DNA of 63,410 nt, counting the filler, from Choristocarpus tenellus KU-1152 (taxonomy: Eukaryota > Protista > Phaeophyceae): NCBI GenBank assembly GCA_964200185.2. It is 11 parts of 11 records of this genome, joined end to end, with 100 filler letters (N's around TTAATTAATTAA, not from the genome) between each part and the next. Parts side by side here need not be neighbours in the genome. Positions count along the whole stretch, not along the records: positions 60,430 to 63,410 come from CAXNAD020023185.1; 10 more parts are not named here. One strand, 5' to 3'. A program made the position numbers and the translations under genes. This document shows positions 62,200 through 63,410 of this stretch, in pieces (the stretch's first letter is position 1; every line of letters starts with the position of its first letter). Under the pieces are notes generated by a model. It was not told the origin of the DNA. It ran no database searches and saw nothing but the letters and a program-made list of their open reading frames with translations.

Positions 62200-62720
62200 C
62201 AGCCGATTTCAAAAATTGAGGATGGAGCTTTTCATTGAGGATGGGCTTGACCCAAAATTGACTGGGATAAAATGTCTTTAAATATAACCGAATATTAGTA
62301 GGATATCGAAAAATTCTTTTGGTTCACAACATTGAGACAACAACACAGTCCCTTTACGTTATGCAATCCTATACCTTACACTACTATTTAAAATGCCTAC
62401 GCCTTCTTAAATACAACGAAATCAATTATCACCTACCGTATTATTACGTCCATTCCTAGCTTGTTTCTCAGGTCGACTTTCTGTTTCCCACCTCGAATTT
62501 TCTGGTAGACCCATTCAAAAAAAAATCTACCTTGATCTTGGTTCGGGATTTTGTTGTACACCACAAACACACAGGATAGTGGAGGTGTACAAATCCGTTC
62601 TGGTTCCCATATGAAAGAACATGTTGGAAAGCAGATTTTCGTGAAAAGAATTATGGCATCGAAGGGATTCGAACCCCTCGAACTCTTACCACTCACCACC
62701 TACCAACCCACAATCGGCTG
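62200..62720. mobile_element. Longer member of MITE family B (left TIR long; right end reduced to AATCGGCTG)
   Basis: 62200-62276 matches 15928-15986 apart from an internal duplication. 62712-62720 is the inverted terminus. Confidence 0.6.
62654..62705 (-). pseudogene. tRNA-derived fragment (A-box, T-arm/B-box and CCA; no anticodon arm)
   Basis: The minus strand reads GGTGGTGAGTGGTAAGAGTTCGAGGGGTTCGAATCCCTTCGATGCCA. Confidence 0.55.
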
Positions 62721-63410
62721 ATACCTAATTAGAATATATGTATCTTCAAATATCACCTACTTTAAGAACAACCCACATAAAGAGTATAAAATAATAGTGT
62801 TTGCGCAAGATGAAGTACAACATGATATTTTGTCTAATTTCGATAAGAAAATCCGCTACGAAAATCAGATTGTGGAAAATGAAATTCACTATCGAAAAGA
62901 AAAAATGAAAAAACAAGAAACGCCACCTGAAGGAGACCAGCAAATTCAAACCATCCTCAGGACGGTTAGTGGGCGAGCCGTGACGAAAGAGCGGTCTGCC
63001 TTAGCCCGTGTTAGCTTCAGTCTATTTCGACCCTTCCCTGGACATTCCTCGGTGGATTGGGCGATGGAGGTAGGTCTTTGTCTGAATGGTGTCGACTTCT
63101 ATCGCTCGCCCCGTCTTTGCCTAAAGCAAGTGCTGATCGAAGCACAGGCTGGGGAACGGATGCAACTGGTTGAACGAGTCTTGATACATTGCTTTTTGGA
63201 ATGAACAAGGTTCGTATTTCACAGGAACTGAAGCAGGTTGTTTGTCTGCGGCAGCATAGACAGCGGGCAAGGAGTTCTGCGATAAAACAGGTTGAAGCAT
63301 CGGTGCGAGGGTTAACAGTACAGTGTTGACAACCTCTTGGTGTGGCAGTGAAGTTTGGTTTGATACCTCATCGTGCATGGACGTCTTGTTCTGGCGAGGT
63401 AGTCCTAGTT

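Noticed and set aside
62797-63410. ORFs at the window end (135 aa on +, 85 aa on -)
   Set aside because: No recognisable domain or confirmed splice structure. The minus frame may be a terminal exon, but this cannot be supported here.

Overview
This is eukaryotic genomic DNA, not prokaryotic. It consists of 11 short contigs joined by 100-bp artificial linkers (N44-TTAATTAATTAA-N44), so neighbourhoods across linkers mean nothing. Spliceosomal introns, (TTAGGG)n tracts, a possible bipartite targeting peptide and the TE types suggest a stramenopile, probably a brown alga or relative (inference). Genes that splice in frame by hand are: the 3' part of a protein with an SRP54/Ffh M-domain-like fold, the 5' part of an alanyl-tRNA synthetase (head-to-head with an NPPF-motif methyltransferase), a DHRS1-like SDR with a required GC-AG intron, and an MGC-initiating CDPK/CAMK-like kinase whose three acceptors are all AAG. 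There is also an intronless PhyH-like 2OG-Fe(II) dioxygenase and a Pro-rich terminal exon ending in EDGEI. Most of the rest is transposon debris: hAT, Ty3/Gypsy, mariner, pogo/Tigger, RTE and RLE-type LINEs, two MITE families and tandem repeats. A ~4.9-kb imperfect palindrome is made of two convergent copies of an unclassified element carrying a decayed coiled-coil ORF and variable ~55-bp subterminal arrays.
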